This document shows, piece after piece, positions 9,899 to 19,135 of a stretch of DNA of 64,000 nt. Position 1 is the stretch's first letter; every line of letters starts with the position of its first letter. A program made the position numbers and the translations under genes. Origin of the DNA: Myxococcales bacterium (GTDB lineage: Bacteria > Myxococcota_A > Polyangia > Nannocystales > Nannocystaceae); contig JACKDV010000004.1 in assembly GCA_020633315.1 (NCBI GenBank), positions 320,071 to 384,070 of the forward strand, given 5' to 3'. Under the pieces are notes generated by a model. That model was given only the letters and a program-made list of their open reading frames with translations, was not told the DNA's origin and ran no database searches.

Positions 9899-12726
9899 GC
9901 GCTCCCCCGGCCACGCTCTCGGCCGACGACTTCGCCGCCTTCGTTCGCGAGGTGACGGGCCACGATCCCTTCCCCTGGCAGCGGCGATTGCTCCGTACCG
10001 TGCTCGACGACGGCTGGCCCGACCTGCTCGACCTCCCCACCGGGACCGGCAAGACCACCGCCATCCTCGTGGCCCTGTTCGCGCTCGCCCTGCACCCCCA
10101 GCGCTTCCCTCGGCGGATCGCCCTGGTGGTGGACCGGCGGATCATCGTCGATCAGGTCGACGGCTACGCCCGTCGGATCCGCACCGCCCTCGACGACGAC
10201 GCGCGCCCCACTGGCCGCCGCGTGGCCCAGCACCTGCGCGCGCTGGCCTCGGCCCCCGATGTCGACCCCGTCCGCGTGGTGCACCTGCGCGGTGGCATCC
10301 TCCGCGACGACGCCTGGCTGGGCACGCCCGACCAGCCCACCATCCTCGCCTCCACCGTCGACCAGGTGGGCTCGCGGCTGCTGTTTCGCGGCTACGGCGT
10401 GTCGGAGAGCATGCGCCCGGTCCACGCCGGCGTGCTGGCCCGCGACACCCTCTACCTGCTCGACGAGGTCCACCTCGCCACCGCCTTCGAGGAGACCCTC
10501 TCGCGGCTCCAGGGCACCTACGCCGCGTGGGCCGAGCGCCGCACCGGGCGACCGCTGACCGTCGTCCGCATGAGCGCCACCGCCCGCACCACGGGCCCGC
10601 CGGCGCGGACGAGCTTCGGCCTGGACGACGACGACCGCCGGCACCCCGTGCTCGCGCGGCGGCTCGGCGTGTCGCGCCTGGCCACGCTCGAGTGGGTGCC
10701 CACCCGCGCGGGCACCGACGCGAGCAGCCAGGCCCGCAACCGGGAGCTGCTGGCCCAGATCGCGATCGAGCGCGTCGAGCAGGCCCTCGCCGAGGGGGCC
10801 AGCTCGGTGGGCGTGGTGCTCAACCGCGTGGACACGGCCCGCCGCGCCGCGGCCCGGCTCGAGGGACGCGACGAGCTCGAGCTCGAGCTGCTCACCGGGC
10901 GCATGCGAGCCTGGGAGAAGACCGCCACGCAGGCGCGGGTGCAGCAGCGGGTGGGCGCCGGCGTGCCTCGCCCGAAGGGAGCGCGCCCGGTGGTGGTCGT
11001 GGCCACGAGCTGCATCGAGGCCGGCGCCGACCTGGACTTCGATGCGCTCGTCACCGAGGCCGCCAGCCTCGATGCCCTGCGGCAGCGCTTCGGCCGTCTG
11101 AACCGCCTGGGCGAGCACGGCCGTAGCTGGGCGTGGATCCTCGGGCGCAAGGATCAGCTCGGCGCCCGGGCCGAGCCCGACCCGATCTACGGCGAGGCCC
11201 TGCGCAACACCTGGGCCTACCTCGAACAGCTCGCCGACGACGGCCGCGTCGACTTCGGCCTCGAGGCCCTGCCCCTGCCGCCGCCCGACCGGGGCGCCAG
11301 CCTGCTGCCTCCGAGCCCGGAGGCGCCCGTGCTGTTCCCCAGCGTGCTCGACATGTGGGCCGAGACCCGGCCCGCGCCGCACCCCGACCCGGATCCCTCG
11401 CTGTGGCTGCACGGCAAGGGACGGCCGGCCGAGCGCGACGTACAGCTGGTGTTCCGGGCCGACCTGCCCCCAGCCACCGATGACGAGGCCGTGCGCTCGC
11501 GTGCAGCCGAGGCCCTCGAGCGCCTGCCGCCGGTGAGTGACGAGGCCGTCGACGTCCGCCTCGGCCGGGAGCTACGGGACGTGCTCGGCTCGGGTCCCGT
11601 GTGGCGCTGGACCGCCGCGGGGCTCGAGGCGGTCGGCCCCGATGCGCTGCGTCCCGGCGATACCGTGATCATGGACGCTCGCGCCGGCGGCCTGCGCCGG
11701 GGCACCTGGGATCCCGCCGCCGACCGGCCCGTGTCCGATCTGGCCGAGCGAGCGCTGTGGGCCACGCGGGGCCTGGCTCGGCTGCGGCTGTCGAAGGCCA
11801 CGCTGCCCGAGCCGCTCCACGCTGGTCTGCCGGCCCCGCCGAGCGCCGACGATCCCGAGGGCCTCGAGCCCACGCGAGCCGAGCACGAGGCATGGCTCGA
11901 CGGCCTGGCCGCTCGCCTCGATGGCGTCGATGCCAGCTGGCATCCGCTGCTGCGCGCCATCGCCGGGGCCGGTCGACACCGCCGGCTGCTCCTGGGCATC
12001 GACGGCGCGGGCCAGCCCATGGCGTGGGTCCTCGTAGCACCTCCCCGGCGTGCGGCCGAAGCCACCACCGAGGATGCGGTCTCCGCCTTCAGCGGGCTCG
12101 AGGTCGCGCTGCACGATCACCTCGCCGACGTGGAGGCATGGGCCGAAGCCTTCGCCACCGGGGCGGGGCTCGGGCCCGAGCTCGCGGCCGACCTCGCCCT
12201 CGCCGGCCTGCTGCACGACCTGGGTAAGGCCGACCCTCGCTTCCAGGCCCTGCTGCGCGGCGGCGATCCCATCGCGGCCGTCGGCGGCCCGCCCCTGGCC
12301 AAGTCGCGGCAGCTCGGCTCGGTGCAGACCCGGGCCCGTGCCGAGCAGCGCAGCGGCTGGCCCCCCGGGCTGCGCCACGAGCTGGTCTCGCTCGCCCTGC
12401 TCGACGCCAGCGAGGCCCTCCGCGCCCGCGCCCACGACCTCGAGCTGGTGCGCCACCTCGTCGCCAGCCACCACGGCTGGTGTCGCCCCTGGGTCCCCGC
12501 GATGCTCGACCCCGAGCCCACCGTGGTGCGGGTGCAGATCGCCGGCATCGCGGCCGAGGTCCGCACCGACGCGCTCGACGACGCCTTCGGGGCCCGGTGT
12601 GCCGCTCGCTTCCATCGCCTGTGTCGTCGCTACGGCTGGCACGGGCTCGCCTACCTCGAGGCCCTGCTGCGGCTGGGAGATCATCGCGCCAGCGCCACGC
12701 CGGGCGCCCGACCGGAGGCATCGTGA
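9895..12726 (+). CDS. cas3: Cas3 helicase with C-terminal HD nuclease domain (about 943 aa)
   Basis: It has Walker A DLPTGTGKT and a DEVH box (LLDEVHL). A C-terminal HD motif (LLHDLGKADPRFQ) is present. A C-terminal HD domain is characteristic of type I-G Cas3. The GTG start overlaps the csb2 stop (GTGA). Confidence 0.85.
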   Translation: MSAPPATLSADDFAAFVREVTGHDPFPWQRRLLRTVLDDGWPDLLDLPTGTGKTTAILVALFALALHPQRFPRRIALVVDRRIIVDQVDGYARRIRTALDDDARPTGRRVAQHLRALASAPDVDPVRVVHLRGGILRDDAWLGTPDQPTILASTVDQVGSRLLFRGYGVSESMRPVHAGVLARDTLYLLDEVHLATAFEETLSRLQGTYAAWAERRTGRPLTVVRMSATARTTGPPARTSFGLDDDDRRHPVLARRLGVSRLATLEWVPTRAGTDASSQARNRELLAQIAIERVEQALAEGASSVGVVLNRVDTARRAAARLEGRDELELELLTGRMRAWEKTATQARVQQRVGAGVPRPKGARPVVVVATSCIEAGADLDFDALVTEAASLDALRQRFGRLNRLGEHGRSWAWILGRKDQLGARAEPDPIYGEALRNTWAYLEQLADDGRVDFGLEALPLPPPDRGASLLPPSPEAPVLFPSVLDMWAETRPAPHPDPDPSLWLHGKGRPAERDVQLVFRADLPPATDDEAVRSRAAEALERLPPVSDEAVDVRLGRELRDVLGSGPVWRWTAAGLEAVGPDALRPGDTVIMDARAGGLRRGTWDPAADRPVSDLAERALWATRGLARLRLSKATLPEPLHAGLPAPPSADDPEGLEPTRAEHEAWLDGLAARLDGVDASWHPLLRAIAGAGRHRRLLLGIDGAGQPMAWVLVAPPRRAAEATTEDAVSAFSGLEVALHDHLADVEAWAEAFATGAGLGPELAADLALAGLLHDLGKADPRFQALLRGGDPIAAVGGPPLAKSRQLGSVQTRARAEQRSGWPPGLRHELVSLALLDASEALRARAHDLELVRHLVASHHGWCRPWVPAMLDPEPTVVRVQIAGIAAEVRTDALDDAFGARCAARFHRLCRRYGWHGLAYLEALLRLGDHRASATPGARPEAS

Positions 12727-13739
12727 CCCACGACGCACATCCCCTGCCCCTGCCTGGCCTGGACGGCCTCGATCCGCTGGGCTTCCTCGCGGCGCTGGGC
12801 TGCCTGGTGGCCACCACCGAGCACAGTCGGGCCGAGGGAGCGCGCGAGCCCTCGATGAGCTGGCAGCTGGGCGGACGACCGATCCCCGTGCTGCACGGAC
12901 CGTGGGGCCATGGGGACGCGTTGGTCGAGGTCCTCCACGACGACCTCCGCCGGCTGGCCGGGCGCGGGTCCGACGAAGAGTCGAGAGCTCCGAGGGATCC
13001 GTTCCTCGAGCTGTCGTATCCCGATGCCGACGGCAAGCCCGTGCACGATCTCAAGCCACCGCCCTCGGTGCTGCGGGAGCTCGCGCAGGGGCTGGTGGAT
13101 CAGGCCACGCCGGAGCGACGGCGGACGGTCGACTGGCTGTCCGCCGTGCTGACCGACGTGGCCGTGGATGGCAGCGGCGCGGCCAAGCCCTTTGCCCTGC
13201 ACTTCACCGCGGGCCAGCAGCGCTTCGGCGTGGTGGCGCTCGAGCTGCTCGACGGCAAGGCCGGGGCCAAGCCCGGCTCAGCGGGGCGGCCGGTCGACGC
13301 CGAGGACCTGCGGATCGCCCTGCACGGGCCGTGGCCCGACGATCGCACGCTCAAGGTGTTCGGCTGGAGCCCCACGCAGGATCGTGCCTATGCGCTGCGA
13401 GCCGTCGACCCCTCGGGCGACACCAAGCTCGGCACCCCCGGCGCCGACTGGCTGGCGCTGCGGGGGATCGGGCTGCTGAGCAGCGCGCCCGTGCGGGATC
13501 GGATCGCCACCAGCGGCGTGCACGGGAGCTGGAAGCGCGGCACCTGGAGCTACCCGCTGTGGCCGATGCCGCTGACGGCCGAGGTGGCACGATCGCTGCT
13601 GCGACATCCATCGGTGGCCCCGCCCGACGAGCGGCGAGGCAGCAGCACCCTGCCGCTCGGGGTGGAGGTGCTCACCTGCCGGATCACGCGCTCCGAGCAG
13701 GGTGGCTACGGAGCGCTGTCGCGACCCTCTCGGGGATGA
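12723..13739 (+). CDS. cas8u2: Cas8u2/Csx17-like large-subunit candidate. It is short, about 338 aa, and possibly truncated.
   Basis: The N-terminus ..LPGLDGLDPLGFLAALGCLVATTEH resembles the Csx17 N-terminal motif. It is the last gene of the cas operon and its GTG start overlaps the cas3 stop. Length is about half of typical Csx17 proteins. Confidence 0.45.
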   Translation: MTHDAHPLPLPGLDGLDPLGFLAALGCLVATTEHSRAEGAREPSMSWQLGGRPIPVLHGPWGHGDALVEVLHDDLRRLAGRGSDEESRAPRDPFLELSYPDADGKPVHDLKPPPSVLRELAQGLVDQATPERRRTVDWLSAVLTDVAVDGSGAAKPFALHFTAGQQRFGVVALELLDGKAGAKPGSAGRPVDAEDLRIALHGPWPDDRTLKVFGWSPTQDRAYALRAVDPSGDTKLGTPGADWLALRGIGLLSSAPVRDRIATSGVHGSWKRGTWSYPLWPMPLTAEVARSLLRHPSVAPPDERRGSSTLPLGVEVLTCRITRSEQGGYGALSRPSRG

Positions 13740-13898
13740 GCCGGCACGCCCCCACCCATTGGACCGGAACCTATGATCTCAGTCGCACGGTCGGGCACTT
13801 CATCGATCGCTGGCGACACTGCCCGACGTACCGGTCGAGCTGGTGCTCGCGGTGGACGAGCCGTCTCGCGTCGACATCCGACCCGATGGAGAATACTC

Positions 13899-14081
13899 AT
13901 GACAGCGAATTCGATATCCGACGCACCACTGCCCGATCGCCTCCGCCGGCTGCGAGACCTGCGGCTGGACGGCCTGGTGGAGCGTGACATCGCCGTACGC
14001 CTGGCCCTGCTGGCGATGCTGGCTGGCGAGCACCTACTGCTCATCGGGCCGCCTGGGACCGCCAAGAGCCTGATCTTCTAG
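13899..14081 (+). pseudogene. N-terminal fragment (60 aa) of a RavA/MoxR-type AAA+ ATPase gene, ending in a premature stop
   Basis: LPDRLRRLRDLRLDGLVERDIAVRLALLAMLAGEHLLLIGPPGTAKSLIF* aligns with the E. coli RavA N-terminus (..[38 protein letters not shown]) but stops inside the Walker A region. It is embedded in AT-rich non-coding DNA (13740-14275). Confidence 0.6.
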
Positions 14082-14274
14082 CGGAGGGCAAGCCCTCCAG
14101 TGGCTAGATTCACCCAGGTCTAGCGGCATGCGGCGATGATGGCGCGAGCTCACGGCGACGAGCAGCTCCTCCGAGCGATCCACATCGGGCACGGCGACGA
14201 TCGACGCGGATCCGTCACCACGATGTGACTTGCTGCATCGATGCATCGCTGGATAGCGTCGGCTCCGAGGTGAG

Positions 14275-16770
14275 GTGACCACGCGAGCGCGATCGATGGT
14301 GGAGGCGCTCCCCTCGGCGCCGCTGAATCTCGGTCGATATCGCCTACTCGGCGAGATCGGGCGAGGAGGCATGGCCGAGGTGTGGCTCGCCAGCACCACC
14401 GGCCCCACCGGTGTGCACAAGCTGCTGGTGATCAAGCGGCTCAAGCGAGGCCACGAGGACGAGCCCGAGCTCGTGACGATGTTCCTCGACGAGGCCCGCA
14501 TCGCGGTGCGCCTGGCCCACCCCAACGTGGTGCAGACCTACGAGGTCGACACCGACGACGGCCTGCCGTTCATCGCGATGGAGTACCTCGACGGTCAGCC
14601 GCTGCACCGGGTGCTCCGGCGCTTCGCGAGGCGAGGCGGCCTCTCCCGCGATCTTCGGCTGTGGATGCTGGCCGAGCTGCTGCAGGGCCTCCACCATGCT
14701 CACGAGCTGCGCGACTACGACGGGACCCCGCTGCGCGTCGTCCACCGCGACGTCAACCCGCAGAACGTCTTGGTCACCTTCCACGGCGAGATCAAGCTGA
14801 TGGACTTCGGCATCGCGAAGGCGATGGACTCGGTGGCGCACACCGACGTGGGCATGTTCAAGGGCAAGCTGGCCTACATGGCGCCCGAGCAGGCCCGCGG
14901 CGGCACCGAGCTCGACCGACGCGTCGACCTCTTCGCGGTGGGCGTGATGATGTGGGAGGCGCTGACCGAGGAGCGCATGTGGGGCGGACGCACCGACATC
15001 GAGATCGCCACCGCGCTCTGTGAGGGCTGGGTGCCGCCGCTGCCCGAGTCGGCGTCGATTCCCGATCCGCTCCGCGAGATCTGCACCAAGGCGATCGCCG
15101 TGGATCCCGACGCTCGATGGCCGGACGCCGCCTCGATGCACGAGGCGCTGCGAGACTGGCTCGACGAGCACGGCGGCGCCCCGAGCCCCGCGGCCCTCGG
15201 CCGGTCGATGGCCGAGTGCTTCACCGATGAACGCGCCCGCCGAGAGGTCCTGATCCAGCGCCACGCCCGTGATCCCACGGGAGCCGCCCCCGACCGCGGG
15301 TGGGATCCGCCTGTCTCCTCACCCGAGGACGAGACGCGCCGGATCACGCCGCCGCTCCCCACGACCCGCCCCGTCCCGATGGTGTCCGAGCCTCCCCCGT
15401 CCTCGACCCGGCCCCGCCGGTGGTGGGCGGCCGCGGCCCTGGTCGGAGCAGCCAGTCTCGCCGCCGTCGCGACGGCGCTCGTGCACGACTCGCCGGACGA
15501 CGCCGAGCCGACGGTGGCCTCCGATCCGAGGGAGGATCCCGAGGCGAGCACGAGGGCGTCCCCCACCGCCGAGCCCTCCTCGACGGGGACCCGCTGCACC
15601 ACCGAGGGTCCTCCCGTCGAGCTGACCGGTGAGCTGGAGGCCGACGCGACCCTCGGCTGCGATCGCCGATACCTGCTGCGCTACACCGTCCGCGTCCCGC
15701 GTGGAGTCACCCTCACCATCGAGCCCGGCACCACGATCCTCGGAGATCCGGTGACCAAGGGCACCCTGGTGGTCCAGCCCGGAGGGCGGCTGGTGGCCGA
15801 GGGGCGGGCCGACGCGCCCATCGTGCTCACGAGCGCCCTGCCCGAGGGACGACGGGCTCCGGGGGACTGGGGTGGAGTGCTGGTGCTGGGGCACGCTCCG
15901 ATCAACCTCCGCGACCACGCTGGCCAGCCGATCCTCGGCCGGGTGGAGGGCCTGACCGAGGGCGGGACCTTCGGCGGTGACGACCCGGACGACGACAGCG
16001 GGGTCCTCCGCTACCTCCGCATCGAGTACAGCGGAGTGGAGCTGGCCCCCAACAACGAGGTCAACGGCTTGACCCTCGCCGGGGTGGGCCGCGGGACCCG
16101 GCTCGACCACGTCCAGGTGCGACACACCGCCGACGATTGCTTCGAGTTCTTTGGCGGCACCGTCTCGGGCTCGCACCTGCTGTGCGACGACCCGGGGGAC
16201 GACGGCTTCGACTGGGATCTCGGCTACCAGGGAGAGCTGCGCTTCCTCGTCGTGCGGGCCCTAGACCCCGGGCGTGGGCAGCACGGGATCGAGGGAGACG
16301 GCGACCCCCGGGGTGAGCGGGCAGAGCCCCGCAGTCGCCCGCACGTCTCCAACGCGACCGTCTGCGGCACGACGAGCCGCGGGGCTCCGCGCTTCGGCAT
16401 GCTGCTGCGTCGGGGCACCGACGCCCGCGTCGAGCGCTCGGTGGTGCTGGGCTTCGACGCCACGATCGAGCTGCGCGATCGCTTCACCACCCTGACCCTC
16501 GAGGACTCGGTGCTCGGGCTCCCGCTGGTGGACCCGGCCGGCGCCGCCGAGCGACCGTTCGACCTCGAGGCGATGCTCCGCGCCCCCGAGCGTCTCCACG
16601 CGATCGGGGCACCGGCGGACCTCGACTGCGCGAGCCCGTCGATCGACGCCCTGCGACCGGAGCGACCCCTGCGAGCCGAGGATCCCGACGGCCAGACGAG
16701 CTACCGGGGGGCCTTCCGCGACCGCGACGATCGCTGGGACGAGGGCTGGGCGGTGTGGAGCGACGATTGA
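14275..16770 (+). CDS. Ser/Thr protein kinase (Hanks-type) with a C-terminal beta-helix-like domain, 831 aa
   Basis: Kinase motifs GEIGRGGMAEVW, HRDVNPQNVLV, DFGIAKA and YMAPEQ are present. The C-terminal 400 aa are Gly-rich repeats resembling a parallel beta-helix. Confidence 0.85.
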   Translation: MTTRARSMVEALPSAPLNLGRYRLLGEIGRGGMAEVWLASTTGPTGVHKLLVIKRLKRGHEDEPELVTMFLDEARIAVRLAHPNVVQTYEVDTDDGLPFIAMEYLDGQPLHRVLRRFARRGGLSRDLRLWMLAELLQGLHHAHELRDYDGTPLRVVHRDVNPQNVLVTFHGEIKLMDFGIAKAMDSVAHTDVGMFKGKLAYMAPEQARGGTELDRRVDLFAVGVMMWEALTEERMWGGRTDIEIATALCEGWVPPLPESASIPDPLREICTKAIAVDPDARWPDAASMHEALRDWLDEHGGAPSPAALGRSMAECFTDERARREVLIQRHARDPTGAAPDRGWDPPVSSPEDETRRITPPLPTTRPVPMVSEPPPSSTRPRRWWAAAALVGAASLAAVATALVHDSPDDAEPTVASDPREDPEASTRASPTAEPSSTGTRCTTEGPPVELTGELEADATLGCDRRYLLRYTVRVPRGVTLTIEPGTTILGDPVTKGTLVVQPGGRLVAEGRADAPIVLTSALPEGRRAPGDWGGVLVLGHAPINLRDHAGQPILGRVEGLTEGGTFGGDDPDDDSGVLRYLRIEYSGVELAPNNEVNGLTLAGVGRGTRLDHVQVRHTADDCFEFFGGTVSGSHLLCDDPGDDGFDWDLGYQGELRFLVVRALDPGRGQHGIEGDGDPRGERAEPRSRPHVSNATVCGTTSRGAPRFGMLLRRGTDARVERSVVLGFDATIELRDRFTTLTLEDSVLGLPLVDPAGAAERPFDLEAMLRAPERLHAIGAPADLDCASPSIDALRPERPLRAEDPDGQTSYRGAFRDRDDRWDEGWAVWSDD

Positions 16771-17058
16771 GCGGCGGAGGCTGAGCGCCGGTCGTCAGCC
16801 CTCGGGGTACGAGGTCCAGCCGTCGGTCCAGGGCACGGTGCCGGGCGCGAAGGCTCCGGCGTAGGCCGCTTGCTCGTCGAAGCGCGGGGCCTCCGGCATG
16901 CTCCCTGCCCCGAGCACCACGTTGCCCTGGAGCACCCGGCCCGGAGCCGATGGGACCCGCCACCATGGACAGCAGTCCATGGTGGCGGGCCCAATCCCGA
17001 GCAAGCCCGCGAGCTCGTGTCGTGGACCGGTGGCACCGGATCTGCAGGGTGGGCGAGC

Positions 17059-17538
17059 ATGCGAAAGCCCCTGTTCGCGACCATCCTCGTCCCCTTCTTC
17101 ATCAGCATCGCCTCGCCCGCCCGCGCCGCCTCGGATGTCGCCACGCTCCCCGCCTCGAGCAATCCAGGCGCGGACGATCTGCAAGAGTGGAGAGAGGCGT
17201 GGCAGAGCCTGAGCGCCGAGGATCGAAAGACCCTGAAGGACGCGTGGTCGACGGCCGCCGACACGCTGCAGAGCCTCACGCCCGAGCAACGCAGGGAGCT
17301 GCGTGCGGCCACGCGACAGCTGCTCAAGCGCCTGTCGGCCAAGGTTCGCGACCTCGACGAGGCCAAGCTGCAGGCGCTGCAGGAGGCCTTCCAGCGCTGG
17401 GTGGAGGCCTACCGAGCGCTCGATGCCGCGGACAAGCAAGCCGCGCTCGAGAAGCTTGCGGCTGGGATTGGCTCGCTTGAATCCGCCTCGACCGAGGCCA
17501 AGGCCAAGCTGCAGGCGCTGGCCGATGCGCTGCGGTAG
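17059..17538 (+). CDS. Periplasmic LTXXQ-motif protein (Spy/CpxP/ZraP family), 159 aa with signal peptide
   Basis: Signal peptide MRKPLFATILVPFFISIASPARAAS and an LTPEQRREL (LTXXQ) motif in a helical Ala/Gln/Leu-rich sequence. Confidence 0.7.
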   Translation: MRKPLFATILVPFFISIASPARAASDVATLPASSNPGADDLQEWREAWQSLSAEDRKTLKDAWSTAADTLQSLTPEQRRELRAATRQLLKRLSAKVRDLDEAKLQALQEAFQRWVEAYRALDAADKQAALEKLAAGIGSLESASTEAKAKLQALADALR

Positions 17539-17673
17539 GCGGGCGCGGCTCGCCCTCGATCCAAACGGAGAGGTCGTCGGTGGCCTCGCCCCGACGTCCC
17601 ACGACCGCGACGTCGGGGTCGGCAAGCACGCGCCTCGACCCACCAGCGACGCGAGCGATGGAGACTGTTCTCG

Positions 17674-18723
17674 ATGGTTTGGCTAGACTCCACTCTACCC
17701 GTGGGACGGACGCTCTCGACGAAGCTCCTGGTCGCGGTCTTGGCCACGGCATGCACCACGACCCACGGCGACGCAGGCGACGTCACGGAGGGCTCCGGCG
17801 AGGGCGACGGCGACAGCTCGGGCGCGGGCCTCCCGGACCTGGGCGACGACGATGGCGACGGCCCGGAGCCCGGCGCCTCATGGGAGGTCCTCGACTCGGG
17901 AGTCGACGTCGACCTCGACGCGGTCTGGGCCGCCGACGAGCGCGTACTGGTCGCCGGGGTCGGGGGCGCGATACTGGAATCGATCGACGCGGGTCGGACC
18001 TGGGAGGCGCTCGCCAGCGGGACTACGGCCGACATCCACGGAGTCTGGGTGACCGGGACCCACATCTATGCCGTCGGGGATGCGGGGACCATCGTCCACT
18101 CCGACGACGACGGCGAGACCTTCGTGACGGAGCTCAGCAACACCGAGCTCGATCTCTACTGCGTGTGGGCATCCGATCCGAGCAACGTGTTCGTGTCGGG
18201 TGAATCGGGCTTCACTCGGCGCTCGACCGATCTCGGGCTCAGCTGGGACTCGGTCAGCGGCCCCGCGCTCGGCGACGTCGTCGGCCTGTGGGGCGTGGAC
18301 GCCAGCCACGTCTTCGCCGCGAGCCAGACCGGGGTCTTGTTCTCGAGCGACGCCGGCGACAGCTGGGACCTCCGGGTCATCGGCAACTCCCACAACGATC
18401 TGTGGTCCGGGGACGGCGACCATCTCGTGGTCGTCAACGATGCGGGCCGGGTCACGACCTACAGCATCGCCGACGACGTCGCGACCAAGCACGTTCCGAC
18501 GGCCGCCCACCCGCTCCGCGCCGTCTGGGGTCGCGACCTCGCCACGATCGTCGCCGTCGGCGAGGGGGGCACGATCTTCGTCCCGAGCGATGGCGAGGGC
18601 GGAGACTGGGTCACCCAGACCTCGCCGGTCAGCGCCGACTTCCGGGATGTGTTCGGGACGACGCAGCGGATCTACGCCGTCGGCGAGGGCGGCACGATGA
18701 TCGTCCGCAGCGACGCTCCCTGA
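17674..18723 (+). CDS. Lipoprotein with BNR/Asp-box (Ycf48-like) beta-propeller repeats, 349 aa
   Basis: Lipobox LATAC. Repeated S/T-x-D-x-G-x-T-W/F modules (SIDAGRTWEAL, SDDDGETFV, STDLGLSWD, SSDAGDSWD). Confidence 0.7.
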   Translation: MVWLDSTLPVGRTLSTKLLVAVLATACTTTHGDAGDVTEGSGEGDGDSSGAGLPDLGDDDGDGPEPGASWEVLDSGVDVDLDAVWAADERVLVAGVGGAILESIDAGRTWEALASGTTADIHGVWVTGTHIYAVGDAGTIVHSDDDGETFVTELSNTELDLYCVWASDPSNVFVSGESGFTRRSTDLGLSWDSVSGPALGDVVGLWGVDASHVFAASQTGVLFSSDAGDSWDLRVIGNSHNDLWSGDGDHLVVVNDAGRVTTYSIADDVATKHVPTAAHPLRAVWGRDLATIVAVGEGGTIFVPSDGEGGDWVTQTSPVSADFRDVFGTTQRIYAVGEGGTMIVRSDAP

Positions 18724-19135
18724 GCCCGGGCCATCCACGCCCGTCGTCTCCACTCACCGTCGCCCCCGGCCGCCCCCCGGGGGCTGGAAGAACCAGGAAG
18801 CTCTCGATCGAGTCTTCACATCTTCACGAACCAAGGGAAGCGGTCGAAGAACGCGAGTCTGAGCTACCACGGCGACACGACATCTCTACTTTACCTTGAC
18901 ATCGACATCCGAGCTTTGGCAGTTTCGAGTGGACTCCATCGCCCCCGATGACGGAAGCCCGACCCACCCCAAGAGGCTTGCCAGACACCATGACGTTCCG
19001 CACCATCGATCCGGCTCGCACGGCGGTTTCCGTGCGCCGGCGCGCTCTCACGGGGAGGTGGCGTCGAGAGCGGCCCGGCCGCGGATGGCTACGAAACTAC
19101 CCGTGAGAGGCACGCCACCACAGGACGACTTCGCC

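Noticed and set aside
4443-12738. Large antisense ORFs opposite the cas genes (4443..5561, 6964..8325, 8267..9793, 9850..11412, 11572..12738)
   Set aside because: They are GC-rich shadow ORFs with Arg/Gly/Ala-dominated low-complexity translations. The sense-strand products carry recognisable Cas motifs.
18890-18935. Possible sigma-54 (TGGCA..) or TTGACA promoter elements upstream of the radical SAM gene, and a TGGCACG element at about 44650
   Set aside because: Spacing and the -12 element do not fit the TGGCAC-N5-TTGC consensus, so they are not supported.
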